Assembly (NCBI RefSeq): GCF_037042905.1
Contig: NC_087252.1
Span: 16,742,001 to 16,806,000, forward strand
Origin: Lytechinus pictus
Lineage: Eukaryota
Direction: 5' to 3'
DNA length: 64,000 nucleotides
Shown here: positions 49,971 through 63,283 of the stretch, piece after piece
How positions within the stretch are numbered: position 1 is the first letter of the stretch
Layout: each line of letters starts with the position of its first letter
The notes under the pieces: generated by a model
Seen by the model: only the letters and a program-made list of their open reading frames with translations
What the model was told of the DNA's origin: nothing
Database searches by the model: none
Translations under genes and position numbers: made by a program

Positions 49971-52249
49971 AAAACTCGCAATTATCGGTTGTAACAGGGC
50001 CTTTTGTTAGCGCAGTGTTAGCGCAATGTTACGCTAGCAGCGTTTCTGTGCGGCCGATACGGGTGACTAAAATAGTACACAAATGAGCACTCTAGAAGGT
50101 ATTTGTTGCATTTCTACTTTGAATGCACTAGTTTCAGGATCATACCTGGGTTTTTGCTTACCTAAAGATTTGGTCACCAATCACCCCAAATCACATAAAC
50201 AACCTCACATACCCAAAGCATCCTTTTTTAATGTGAAGAGAGCTATGATGTAGTCAAATTACACATAAGTAATTGCACTGCACAATAATCATTCCGGTTT
50301 AATGTTGTTTATTAAAACTATATCATTTCGCTCCAAATGCGATTCATTTCCATGGAAATTTCAACAATGAATATAACATAAGTTCACATATAAATGATAT
50401 TGACTTTTAAAAGATATAAAAAAAAATAAGTATGATTTTATCAATTTAGAATTTCAGTTTTGGAATAAAAAAAAAATTATCAGTAATGGATGGGAGTAAT
50501 AATAATTTGTCCGGACAATATTAAGGGTTTATTAAATTAAAGGACTTCCCTAATTAATCATGGATGCAGTCCATATGATGTCGATGAAAAAATGACACGT
50601 TGACTGGAATAGCGGTTATCCGATGACCTTGACGACCGATGACGTAGAATGACGTGTGTCGAGGGTTATCGGAGATCCACGAAGTCTTTCGAAGAATGGC
50701 GTCATCTTAGTCTAGGCGCTTTCGACGTGTCGCATGACGTCGAGAAGAAACTAAGCAGAACTTGGGTTGAATACTCAGGATATGACATCTTGGTTCAGGG
50801 CTGACGAAAACTGAAGGCTTTTGAGGATGTAGCCCCAGAATAAAATGGCTGTCCATGATTACTTTTATAAATCATTTGATCAATACAGGTCTTTATTATT
50901 ATTTAATAAGCATCAACATAATATCTAGATAGTATTAATTCATCAGCATAAATGTATCAATCCTAAAAAATGTACATGAATTCACTCCTGAAAAATACTG
51001 AAATACAACCAATCCATCACTGCAATATAATAGTGATCATTATTTGAAGCCGGAAATTGTTAAAAACTCACAGCGTAAAATTATGCCTATCAAAGTTACC
51101 GAAAACAGGCTTCTGATTGATATAATTATTACAACAAAATCTGGATTAGAAATTCAGACCAAAATTACCTCTTAGATTGATGAATCTAATATTTTTCTTT
51201 TTTAAGCTGAAATATACTGATGAAATAAAAAATAGACTCACCACCATTGTGGGTAGGAAAACTCCAAAAGTAATTAAAACTGAGGGTCATATCTTCCTTG
51301 CTCTTCAGAACACAATCTCTCTCAAAGAGTAACAAAATGAAAGTGATCCTACTCTCTGTGCACAGCAATTAGGGGCACTGTACAATCAATACACCTCGGG
51401 CGGGTATCGGAACGCTAATTGTTTATTCCACCTGTTACTAGAACCTGGAACCTACAACAAAAGAACCTGCAAGAGCTGAATACATTATAGCCCTTCCTAT
51501 TTAAAGTAATTAATACATAAGCTTTTATTACACAACTCAATCGATAATACTGCCGTCACAAGGCAAAAATGAGTAATATATCATTAACCACAACTGTCAA
51601 GATTACACAATTAATCAAGTTTTCCTGTTAACATTTTCTATGTTAAAAAAACAAATTTTAGAATTTGGATTGAGTGAAATAAATAAAAAATTGCTTGTGA
51701 CAGCTAACAAAATGTTATAACAATGTACTTGGCCAACAGTGAAATACCAGTCGCTAGTGGATGTATTCTTGTTTTTTGTGGATATAATAAAAAACACAAT
51801 TCAAAATAATATATGAATAATTAAGACATCAAAGTTGGTGATTAATCTCATTAAATATTAAAACCGCCATGGCACTTTAAACCAATTACCTGAACATGCG
51901 CAGGATGTTCTGATCATGCGCAGAACGGAGCTACGAACTGGCTCATTTGACGACGAATTTGTGAATTCATGCAAGGTTGCCCCAGCGAACTTAAAGGGCA
52001 GCAGCGCCGGGAGCTGTCGTGTTGACGCCTTCGATGTCAGTTGGTTGGCCCTTACAATATGTCCACCCCAAAATCATGCCCGTAGGCGCAAAGGATAATC
52101 TTTTGTGCCTTGGGTGGGTAGGGGAAGGGGAAAACATTTATAGGTTACACTTCATCGTTAATCCGAAAAGCAAAAAAGGTTCGTTAAAAAGATTATCATC
52201 TGTGTGATGTCGTTATGTATTCACGGGCTTAAGTGAGTTAAATGTGTTG

Positions 52250-52872
52250 ACACTGAGGCCTGAAAACTCAGATATTTTAAGTACTTATGTAATCATAAAT
52301 AGGATTTGCGAGTTGATATATTTTTAACAAAAATGCGAGCGCAAAACGTGAGACGAAATTTTTGGTAAACTGTCATAAAAGGGGGGGTTTAATTAGTTTG
52401 TTATATAATTTGGCAAATCAAAAAATGCGAGCGCATAGCGCAAGCTGCAAGTTATATTCACACCATAAAACGGACATTAAACAGAGCACTTAAAAATCAG
52501 TTTGTAAATCAAACAAAGTTATGAATAATGTCCGAGCTGAAATATGCTTTGTTATATCGACTTCAAAACTTGACATTTTAAGCTACATATCAGCCTATTT
52601 AGCAAGATGTGTATCTCATCGAACAATATATGCGAGCCCGAAGCGCGAGCGAAAAAAATTATATAGTGACATGAAATATATTTTTTTATCATTTTCCAAG
52701 TCATCCCCTGACCTTTTGTTTTTACCCGTCTCCCTCTTATTTCAACTCTTATTTTTCCTCTTTTCTTTCCCCTTCTTTTACTTTTTTTCTTTCTTTCCCC
52801 CTTTTTTTCATTTTTTGCTCTGCCGATAGGGGGGGGGGGGGCGGGCCTCTCGCCCCCCTGGATCCGCCTATG
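52250..52872. mobile_element. hAT-like MITE right-hand fragment
   Basis: gcgagcgc..gcgagc subrepeats as in 18594-19767; ends cccccctggatccgcctatg. Confidence 0.6.
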
Positions 52873-52996
52873 GATGGAGCTCAATTTTACAGCTTTACGG
52901 CGTACGTTTGATTCCAAGATACTCGAGAATGCCTTGAGTACTTCTTACGTCAAACGTACGGCCGACGTATATGACTCTGTGCACTCCCTTTGTCTA

Positions 52997-53351
52997 GGGG
53001 GTAGTTGTCCGGGGGTAGTTGTCCGGGGGGTAGTTGTCCGGGGGTAGTTGTCCGGGGGGTATTTGTCCGGGGGTAGTTGTCCGGGGGGTTATTGTCCGGG
53101 GGGTAGTTGTCCGGGGGGTAGTTGTCCGGGGGGTTGTTGTCCGGGGGGTAATTGTCCGGGGGTAGTTGTCCGGGGGGTAGTTGTCCGGGGGGTAATTGTC
53201 CGGGGGTAATTGTCCTCGGGGGGTAGTTGTCCTCAGGGGGTAGTTGTCCGGGAGGTAATTGTCCGGGGGGTAATTGTCCTCGGGGGGGGTAATTGTCCGG
53301 GGGGTAGTTGTCCGGGGGGTGATTGTCCAGGGGGTAGTTGTCCTGATACCG
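52997..53351. repeat. G-rich 14-16-bp minisatellite (gggggtagttgtcc), ~22 copies
   Basis: Direct tandem units ending ...gtcctgataccg. Confidence 0.95.
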
Positions 53352-54450
53352 TTAAATATAACACGCAATGCATTCTTTCTAGCTAGATACGATGAGTGCG
53401 TATTTCCCCAGGCAAGTGTCCCGTAATTTAGATAGGGTAAAATTAATGTTGAGTTGTTGGCATTTTTAGGGAGGAATTTGAAAGAAAACAAATTTTAATG
53501 GAATGATGATAATAATATTGCGTGATATTGTACGACATATCGAATTAATATGCTTTTCAGGGTGATTTGCTGTCTATTGTAAGACCTAAGTATTTTGTTG
53601 TAGCAACAACGTCAAAATCTTTATTGTCCACTTTTGACATTTAATGGTAATTGTTCTAAAGATAGCTTCACAACATGCACTTCATTGTGTACATTAATCG
53701 ACAATTTTTTTTGCCCAACGGCAGTTCAGTGTTCAATACATTGATCAAAATAGCGGGACTAGGATGAGAATAAAATACATTTAAATTCGTCTAGAAAAAG
53801 GATACAAGAAAATATTTGAGGAGTTATGGATGTCATACATATGGATTAAAAATAAAAGTGGACCCAGTAGGCTACCTTGGAGAACACTCTAATTAACATT
53901 TTGTAGAGAAGAATTTTGTTCATGTATGCTTTATTATTTTCGATTTGGGAGGTAGTCTGCCAACCACTCCAAGGCCACCCACGAACTTCGTAATTTTCAA
54001 GTTCATCTACGGTAGAAGTATGCTACGGCTTATAAATGTAGTGTCGAAGGCCTTGGCGAGGCCCATAAAAACACAAATCGTTTGTTCAAAGTTATAAATA
54101 GCTTTTGTGATTTTCTCCATGAATAAGAGAGTAGTATGCGATTTACTATAGTTTGGCGAAATCCAAATAAAAAGTCTTAAATTATACTTTATTCGTTGAT
54201 TAAAGATAATAATATTGTATAGATCACGCTTTTCATAACTTTAGATAAAGTAGGCATTAAAGATATTGGTCTACAGTTACATACATTAATCATTTGGCCT
54301 TTTTCTGTGCACTGGTATTATCTTAGATATTTTTATACTGTCATATTGTCAAGCAGGACGCCATTACTTCAAGAAAATTTAAATTTGTATACTAATGGAT
54401 CACCAATGTATTCCTAAACATTCTTTATTAAGCGCTCAATAAGAACTAAT
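53352..54450 (-). pseudogene. Highly degraded CR1-group RT fragment
   Basis: Minus-strand pieces in the expected order: NCRPISLMP, FGFR, LAKAFDT, QGSLLGPLLFLI, TKYLGLTID, TLILPYLNYGTLAWGNT. Confidence 0.8.
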
Positions 54451-54589
54451 TATTTTTATTATTTATTATTATTATTAAAATATCCTCAATACCATCGTGA
54501 TCACAGCTCTTTTTAGTTTTAAGTTGTTCACTATATATAACATTTTGTTCCTGTGTACTGGTAATACAAAAAGAAAATTGGGTTGGATA

Positions 54590-56500
54590 TGAATGAGACC
54601 AGTATCTTTTTTACCCCAAACGAGTGCCACACAAGCCCTGCGTAATATTGAGAGATGCATAATGATTGACAATTGGTTGAAGTCAAACTCGTTACTTTTG
54701 AAGCATAGTAAATGTGAGTTCTTAGTTTTTGAATCAAAATTTCAACTTAACCAAATCAACACTGATTCCATAAGGTTATCAATTGCGCAGTATCGGCTTC
54801 ATAAGAAATATCTCGCTTGCTCAACAACAGAGAAACTGGTACATTCACTCATTCTTCACGATTCGATTTTGGTAATAGCCTCCTTTACAACATTTCAGAT
54901 TCTTAACTTGGGAAATTGCAGAGGATGCAAAAACTCTTCACTGGTTGCCGCTGAAGGAACTTGGAGTCTTTAAAATCCTTCTCATGGTTTGTCATACAGT
55001 CTAATGGAACTTCCCCCAGTTTCAATAAGTCTTTAATGAATAATTACCAACCCTCAAGAACCTTACGATCCTCATCATCTAATCTCTTACAAAGTCCAGT
55101 TGCTAATAAATCATGCGGGGAACGGGCCTTTGCTCAGCAGGGCCTAACTTGTGGAATTATCTTCCACAGAGTTTGAAAACCCAGACTTCAGTGACCACCT
55201 CCAAGGGCAACCTGAAAACATACCTGTTTATTAAAGAGTGCTTTTTGATAGACATTGACTGATTATTTAGACATGTATTATATATCTTTTGTTATTGTTC
55301 TGCTCTGAAGCGCCTTGAGCTTCTAATCAAGATTGAGTGTATGTAGACAAATCTATGTTTTATTATCATTATCAAAGTTAAAGATGGCAGAGGCAAACAT
55401 GAAAGATAAATGGGGTGTTGGTTTGTTCAAAAGCAAAGAAAAAGGTTTTCACTCCAAAATAAAAGGGCGTTTTGTTCAGAAGGGGAAAAGTGACCCAAAA
55501 AGCGATTTATTCCTACTTAATGATGTTCATTTAGGGCAGAGAAATACAACAAAAATAGTAGCAATTAGATAATAAATACAGTTTTTTTCTTCTGTCTAAA
55601 AATAACAGAGATTTGTGTCCAATCTCTACAATTTAGCATTATACCAACCTAATTTTCAGGTGGGTGCTGCTTATGGTGTATAAAATACAAAACTGCACTC
55701 CCGATTCCAAAGGTTAGATCATCAAGGCATTTATATATTCAATATCATATTGGATGCAGTGGTAAAGTTTAGGGTCTTCATTTATTCAAAGAGTCTGAAC
55801 CAGACCCTCGATCAATCCCTAACTGTTTTACCACGCAAAACAAGAATATTATTGATTTTCATAAGTTACAAATTGAGGGTATAACCTGGGAATGCATGCT
55901 TATTGTTATTCAAATGTTTAAAAAGACTAGTACAGACGGCATACAAAAAAGGACTAAATATTTAATCACAATCGATCGTGACAATTTCAACGTTTAAGCT
56001 TTCTCCTCTATATTCTCTATGTTTTTCCCGCCCCCAAACCATCTCTGTACGTCCACCTCTCTCATGTATACTCCTCCTCTTTTTTATCGGTAAACTTGGC
56101 AAAGATTTAGATCAAAAGAACCAGCCAGAAAAAATGAAATGTTATTTAAAGATGAATGAGAATAGTGCAGTTTCATTTTGCTTCTGATAAATTAAGTGAA
56201 GAAATATCTGTCCATTCAATTCTTTAAAAAAATGTCTTGAAGGTACATCTCCATCAAATTCGTAAATAGCATTGTTAGGCCGATGAAGATATAATTATAT
56301 GATGAAATGCCTAATCGTGACATGCACTACTTGCGGGGGCTTTTCGACAATTTATTACATGGAGGTTGACGACTGGCCTATGGTCGTCAACGTCTATTCT
56401 CTTATTTCTGCCATTTGTACCTCTGCCATCATTACCCCTGCCATTTTTACCTTTGCCATTATTACCGCTGCCATTATTACCACTGCCATTTTTACACCGA
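54590..56500 (+). repeat. Diverged third copy of the duplicated block (L2 fragment + unique sequence), homologous to ~180-1800
   Basis: Shared order: ggaacttcccc, aagttaaagatggcagaggcaaac, ccagaccctcgatc, gttaggccgatgaaga. The L2 part extends further 5' (TEKLVHSLI). Confidence 0.9.
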
Positions 56501-56539
56501 ACCTTAAAAAGTCTCTAGGACAGTTTACCTGGCTTTTAA

Positions 56540-56572
56540 GCAATCAATCCAATCAATTAAATCAATTTAAAA

Positions 56573-56603
<31 letters not shown>

Positions 56604-58667
56604 CATTCAATCAATCAATCAATCAATCGTCGATCGATCGATTGATCGATCGATCGATCGATCGATCAATCAATCAATCAATCACCCAATCACTCACTCA
56701 ATCAATCAAACAATAAAGCAACAGAACAAAATTCTTATTTTAAACACCGCAATTCCAACAGTGCATGTAGAACGCTATGCTGGTAGAGCACCCTAACATA
56801 TAGTGCGTCCCAGGAAAAAAGAAACCGAGATTAAGCGATGATTTATCATAACTTAATCACAAATATAATGGACAAATGACCTACCATTGTAAAGCTTAGA
56901 ATCTATTCTTTCATGTGAAATTACTTAGAATTTTTCTCATGTACACATGAGTGAGCAAAAACAATTTGAAGAGGGGATACCAAAAAGTCATTTGGCGGGC
57001 TGTATCTGGGTTTCAAAAAGAAAACCACATTGTTAAAATGTTCAATATGTGCTCTTTAATTTGATACCTCAATTACAGAAAATGGTCGAGAAATAACTAA
57101 GTTCTGGTTATTTGAAATAAGGCTTAAATTTCAATAATTTCATAAAATGAAGAGGTTCTACAGGCAAGCGTTCAAACTCACTTGACACTCCGTTTTGTTG
57201 ACGATCAGCCATGCATTAAGTCTTATGTTAACCATGCGATAGCTTCTGTGGGAAACCGGTGAAACACGTTTATTTAATGAAATTATGGAAATACAAGCAT
57301 TGTTTCGAGGGAACATAACTTTTTTACTTCTTGACCATTTTTGTGATTAACGTATCAAATTAAAGAGCAAATATTGAACTTTTTAGGCATGTGAGTTTCT
57401 TTTTGAAATTCAGATATCCCCCCGCCAAATGAGTTTTTTGTATCCTTTGTTCAAATTCGTTTGCTCACTCATGCGGGAATGAGGAATACTCTAAGTAATA
57501 TCAGATGAAAGAGGAGATTCTAAGCTTTACATTGGTAGGTCATTTGTCTATTGTATTTGTGATTAAGTTATGTTAAATCATCGCTTAATCTCGGTTTCGT
57601 TTTTTCTGGGACGCACTGTATTAGGGGTTTTGTAAACAACTTCTGTGTAGAATTGGAAGAAAAAGTACCTCCAACCTTAAATAATTTTGTATCGATTTCA
57701 GATTTAGTTTCTTTTTAAGTGTAAACGTGTTATTTCTTTATATTCATGGTATGAAAGAACCAATACGGTATTTTGCTTGAGATCAGCGTTATAAAAAGAA
57801 GGGGGAAAATAAATTTAAAGTGAAATGAACCGTATTCATTGGGTTAACATTATTTGCAAAATGTATTATTTGCGCCAGCTAAGTGACACAAAAATTTTGC
57901 TGGTGCCCCCGAATGCCGTGGCCCACGATACGCCACTGACCATGTTCTTGTACTTGTCGTACTTAATACATTTTGTTGTTACAAAAATGTATTTATATGA
58001 ATAGGAGCCACTGGAAACGATTCTCTCGGCTTTCATTGTATTACATATATAGCATTATCCTTGAATAAAATATATAAATCAATCAAGCAATTCAATCAAT
58101 TAATCAATCAATCAATCAATCCAATCAATTAATCAATCAATTAATCAATCAAAAAATCAATCAATCAATCAATCATCGATCGATCTATCTATCATTCAAT
58201 CAAACAATAAACGCATCCATCCATCCATCAATCAAACAATCCATCCATCCATCAATAAATCAATATATCAAACAATCAAGCAACAGAACAGAACTCTTAT
58301 TTTAAAAAACGCAATTCCAACAATGCATGTAGAACGCTATGCTGGTAGAGCGCCTTAACATATATTAGGGGTTTTGTAAACAACTTTTATGTACAATTGT
58401 GAGAAAAAATACCTCCAACCTTGAATAATTTTGTTTCGATTACAGATTTAGTTTTTTTTTTTTAGCCTAAACGTGATATTTATTTATATTCATGTAATGA
58501 AAGAACAAATACGGATATTTGCTAGAGATCCGTGATATAAAACGAAAAAGAAAAAAAATCTAAATTGAAATGAACCGTATTCATTGTGTTAACATTATTT
58601 GCAAATTTTTGTCAATAATTTACACTGGAACTTCACATCTTGTTTATAATTAGGACTACTACTACTA
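56540..58667 (+). repeat. Two tandem units of (AATC)n + unique spacer + satellite-related segment
   Basis: gcaattccaaca.tgcatgtagaacgctatgctggtagagc at ~56750 and ~58310. Segments 57670-57860 and 58410-58667 match the 3' part of the satellite monomer. Confidence 0.85.
56801..57618. mobile_element. Tc1/mariner-like palindromic MITE
   Basis: ta|tagtgcgtcccaggaaaaaagaaaccgagattaagcgatgattt ... aaatcatcgcttaatctcggtttcgttttttctgggacgcactg|ta. Absent from the sister unit at ~58361. Confidence 0.9.
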
Positions 58668-59445
58668 CCGCATACATTCGTAATTCCGAAGCTTCGTTAT
58701 TCCGAAGGTTTGGTTCGTAATTCCAAAGGTTCGTTAATCCGAAAACGAAATAAGGTTCGTAATTCCGAAGGTTCGTTAGTCCGAAAACGAAATGAGGTTC
58801 GTAATTCCGAAGGTTCGTTAGTCCGAAAATGAAATGAGGTTCGTAATTCCGAAGGTTCGTTAGTCCGAAAACGAAATGAGGTTCGTAATTCCGAAGGTTC
58901 GTTAGTCCGAAAACGAAATAAGGTTCGTAATTCCGAAGGTTCGTAAGTCCGAAAACGAAATAAGGTTCGTTGTTCCGAAGGTTCGTTAATCCGAAAACAA
59001 AATAAGGTTCGTTGTTCCGAAGGTTCGTTAATCCGAAAACAAAATAAGGTTCGTTCTTCCGAAGGTTCGTTAATCCGAAAACGAAATAAGATTCGTTATT
59101 CCGAAGGTTCGCTAATCCAAAAATTGAAAACCGGGAAAGCAGAGGAAGGGCAAGTGTGGTGGTGGGGGAACACCGTTGTATTTAAATTGTTATGAGGATG
59201 GGAAGGCAAGGGCGGCCGAACGAATTTTCGTTGGGGGGAAATGCCAAAAATGACACTCGTACGTCAAAATGGGCACTTTGGTGATATTTTCACCATGAGA
59301 TTATCATCTGCGTGAAGTCATTGTGTTTTTTAGTAATTTAGTAGCGAAAAGCTATTTCGAAGTTACTTCTAATTATGGAAATATTATATTTGTGCTTTAT
59401 TTTTCGCGAGAGAATAACGCCACAAATGTTCGGATTAACGAACCC
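58668..59445. repeat. 41-bp tandem repeat (~10 copies) with one distal inverted partial unit; likely a TE remnant
   Basis: Unit aggttcgtaattccgaaggttcgttagtccgaaaacgaaat(g/a) at 58677-59120; inverted ttcggattaacgaacc at ~59429-59444. Confidence 0.85.
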
Positions 59446-61609
59446 TTTTTGGTGTGTCGCAGATCCGACACCCCTTTCGAGCCAACAAATCGGAGTCGGG
59501 AGACGGTGACTAGCGTGGAATGTATTTATTTATTAGTATACAACAGATCCCTGCATTGAATAAACATACAGTAGTATCATAAGCAATAATCAGTATTACA
59601 GAGCACAAATATAAATAATACAATGCGACAGTCACATCATTTATCACCTGATATTTCGTTAATTATAATTGTGAAGTTAGGTTAATTGTCTATGCACTTG
59701 ATTGAATGGTAAATAACTACTTATATCCGCAAAGAATCAAATTTAGAATACACGTAGTAGTAAAAAGATGATATGTATATGTGCTTCATATTGTCGTATA
59801 TATTCAAAAATAATGTTTTAATAATAACATTATCAATATATCGTTTATATCGCAGAATCAAAAATAGAAACTCTATATAATAAATCCATATCCGTCTGGA
59901 ATAACACCTACACGGCACGTAAAACTGTTAAAGTAAATCCTGTAGATAGACATCGCCAATATATAAATTCACATAAAAAAGGAACAAAGGTATACATGTG
60001 ATATAATTAACCAACATGTAGCTATATTAATATTAACTTACCCTAGGTGGTGTATATAAACTTAGACATCTCCATTATATAAGCCACACTCTAAACATGG
60101 CGTCGTTTACAAATCCACGTCAGCATGCCCTATTTGGACAAAAATACATAAATACATAAATCCTCTAATATACGATTTTGAAAAGAACAAACTCAATAAA
60201 CATAGCCCCAAAATTATTTTAGCTACGATTACAGATTATCAACTCTCAAATGTGTTCGGTTGAATATCGAAACAAAAGTAACCCGCTTCAAATGTCTAGA
60301 AGCATCAAAATATCAGTTGATCAGATTAGATTCCTGAAAACCTCAACATGCAGATTAAATTCCTGAAAACCTCAACATGATAAGAATAAATTAAACATAA
60401 TCAAATAAATCATGCTTTTCTCGCACAAGGTGAACATTCATCTATGATTAACTTTTCGTCAAGAATTAAAGTCACATGATCAATACCGCGGCAAAATTCA
60501 ACGCCACGCCCAAAATCCAATCTGTACCAACGTTGTACATTGTGACAGCATTCAAGGTACGCGAATGAAACACAGACAAAGGCCTCTACGAGAGCTTCGA
60601 GACTTTATTCTTGATTCATCTCATTTCGATTAATAATCTTCAAACTTTGATATAGCTCCAAAAGCCCCGTGAAAACTGTATCAATGAAACATACATAAAA
60701 ACATCATAAATACATTGTATAGACTTATGTGTGATCATCTGATAATTCACTCTTTCTTCAAGCAACAAACTAAACAATTATTGTGAAATGTGCTTATAAT
60801 CTGATAAATAAAATATATGTAAATTGACACGTTGATTTACACAACAATTAGAGTTGCCACTATACTATCAATAACTTCAGGTGTATCTTTATGTTTTAAA
60901 TATGAAGCTACCATATCTTGACTTTCAGCTGACCTACATATACAGTGTAACCTTTCTGGTCATTAATTACACAAAACAAATCCTGAATTATCTTATTTTC
61001 GATAAACTAATATCAAATTCAGTGAACATACATGAATCTCCTATTCATCACTATGTCATCTTCAAATGTGAGGATCCAATGTATAAGCTATAGACTTAAT
61101 TGACCTTATTTCTTGCTTACACAATCTTATAACACACATGTGAATGTATAATTGTTATGTAATCTACATGCACAGAAGCTGCATGGATTTAGAACCTAAA
61201 ATAATTCGACTTATTTTCATTTTTAACATTTATCATTTCATAAAATAAAGACTTCCTATGAGACACTAACCTCTTTGCCTCCTTATTGTATCAAAATTAA
61301 TAACCAGGTTTCCAGGATTCACTGGAACTTGGATGATTGTGTCACCTCATATCTGTCAGTTCTTCCATGTTTATATACAGTGATTGGTGCAATGGAAAAC
61401 ACTGTCCTAGAGAGAACACTAGCTGGCGCTATGTCAATAACTGCTTTGCACAAGCAATATTGTTAATGACATATATGCACTGTGCTAAATACATGACCAA
61501 AGGTTTTTATAAAACATAACCAGTGATAAATGTTATATCATCATGGAAATATGAAATATATTAAATAATGTTTCTGCAATATTTCATATCAATATCAAAT
61601 GAGAAATCA

Positions 61610-61875
61610 TATGTGTGGCGTCGCGCGAAAACCAGACTATTGGTGAGAGACAATAAATGCGCTAGGACGTCATTTAAATACGCGTGTCATCAAACTTTTG
61701 TCTGGCGCGCGTCGCGAGGAAAAACAAAACAAACAACCCGCGCGAAATAAAAAAACAATGTCAGGCGCATTCTTATTTTTCAGAACTGTGGATATCGGCT
61801 CGATATATTTGGTGGCGGGTTCGGATATATGTTGATTGGATTTAATTCCCTTGGCTGAAATCCATGAAGGTAAGT
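61610..61875 (+). promoter_or_regulatory. CpG-rich promoter-like region and candidate first exon
   Basis: Several E2F-like cgcgaaa/ggcggg motifs, two ATTGG boxes, and a consensus donor AAG|GTAAGT at 61869/61870. Confidence 0.45.
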
Positions 61876-62209
61876 TAAATTATGTTGCAGATTGAGTTGT
61901 TTTGTTAAATTCATTGATAATTGCGATGCGAGGAACATGGCAACTAAACACGTGAATGTGAATTTTGTGTTGCGTGTTTATGTGGATCGATCGAGAGAGA
62001 GCTTTTTTAGGAACGACTTTAAACGTCAAATTACATGCGACTGCTGCAGCGATTCGCGGTATTTGTCCGGGACTTTGACGGTCTTTTTAAGATCTAACTT
62101 ATGTCTGCCTAGGCTATCAACTAGATCTAGATCTGCACCTACTTAGACATTAGGCCTTAGACTTAGGCCTTCGTTAACCATTTAAGATAAATCTATCACA
62201 TGCAACAAG

Positions 62210-63283
62210 TTTGTAAAAATTGTTTATAAAAAATCAAAATTGGACAAGGAGTAAAAGAGCTATGATAATTTAAAGATATGGATTATTTCGGTAAAACAGT
62301 TCTATGCATGTTTTTATGAATTTACTTGACAAACTGATGCAAAGATGTCTCACCTTGTGACATGAAATTATGTTTGTACTATCCCCCCCCCCTCCAAGAC
62401 TAGATACCGTATTATTTAATGCAAAAAGGTGACATATCATTCACACGTACCGTATGGGTACTAGTATTCAACCCGGCATAATTCAAAGATTTTGACATAT
62501 TCCCCAAAATATCTAGAAATAGGGAATTTATCTTAATTTCATACCTTTGTTATTTCCAGGGTAATCTGTTGTCAGTATTTTCTTTATCAATCTGTCGACT
62601 GTGTGCGCAGAGGATCGAATTATGCGGCGATGGCCTTTTGCACTGAATGGTACTAGTATTCAACCTAGTGAGGATTGATAGCAAATCTTAAAAAGGTCTA
62701 GATTGCTAAATTAGATCTAGATCTATGTAAGTCTCTGGCTTTGATTAATTCCCTGTTTGGTCTCATCTCAAATTGTCTAGTCCATAGTCGGATGGGACAA
62801 GGGCAGATTGAGAGACAGGACCATCTTTCATCACTAGGTTGAATACTAGTACCGACGGATTGAATACTAGTACCAAAAACCGTCGCCGTAAAATTCGATC
62901 GCCCGCGCACGCAGTTGACGGGTTGAAGAAAAAAAAAACGGGAAAAGAATAACCAGCATTTGCTCTTTGAAATAAGACAGGTCTGAAATTCAGGTAAATT
63001 CCATATTTCTGTATATTTGAAGAAACTCTCCAAACAGGTTGAATACTAGTACCATTACGGTATGACCAAAGAAAATAAGTATGATTTCATGTTTTGATAT
63101 AAGAAAAGTTAAAGTGGGGATGTGACATCATCAGCCCATCTAACGAATATTTATTAAGACGTGCATATAACTGTTTTTAAAATGCACGAATAACGAATTT
63201 AGATCTAGTTGTTATCAGATTTTGATGAAATTTGCAGCATTTGCTTACATTTGATGAAATTATTTTCAGCTCGGAGTACCCTT
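62210..63283. mobile_element. Kolobok-like MITE remnant, interrupted by another MITE
   Basis: Ends ttcagctcggagtaccctt|ttaa; left end not resolved. Confidence 0.4.
62450..63060. mobile_element. Tc1/mariner(pogo)-like MITE
   Basis: ta|ccgtatgggtactagtattcaacc ... ggttgaatactagtaccattacgg|ta. Internal copies of tactagtattcaa at ~62651, 62840, 62861. Confidence 0.85.

Noticed and set aside
50570..50860. GC-richer exon-like segment
   Set aside because: The frames checked are short (under ~60 aa) with no recognisable motif.
52994..53491. 165-aa Pro/Thr-rich ORF
   Set aside because: It is a read-through from a dead LINE fragment into a minisatellite.
58677..59120. CRISPR-like regular repeat
   Set aside because: Units are contiguous with no unique spacers, there are no cas genes, and the context is eukaryotic.
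59455..59630. Possible solo LTR (TGTCGCA...TGCGACA, minus-strand AATAAA)
   Set aside because: Flanks ggtg / gtca form no TSD and no PBS or PPT is seen; unresolved.
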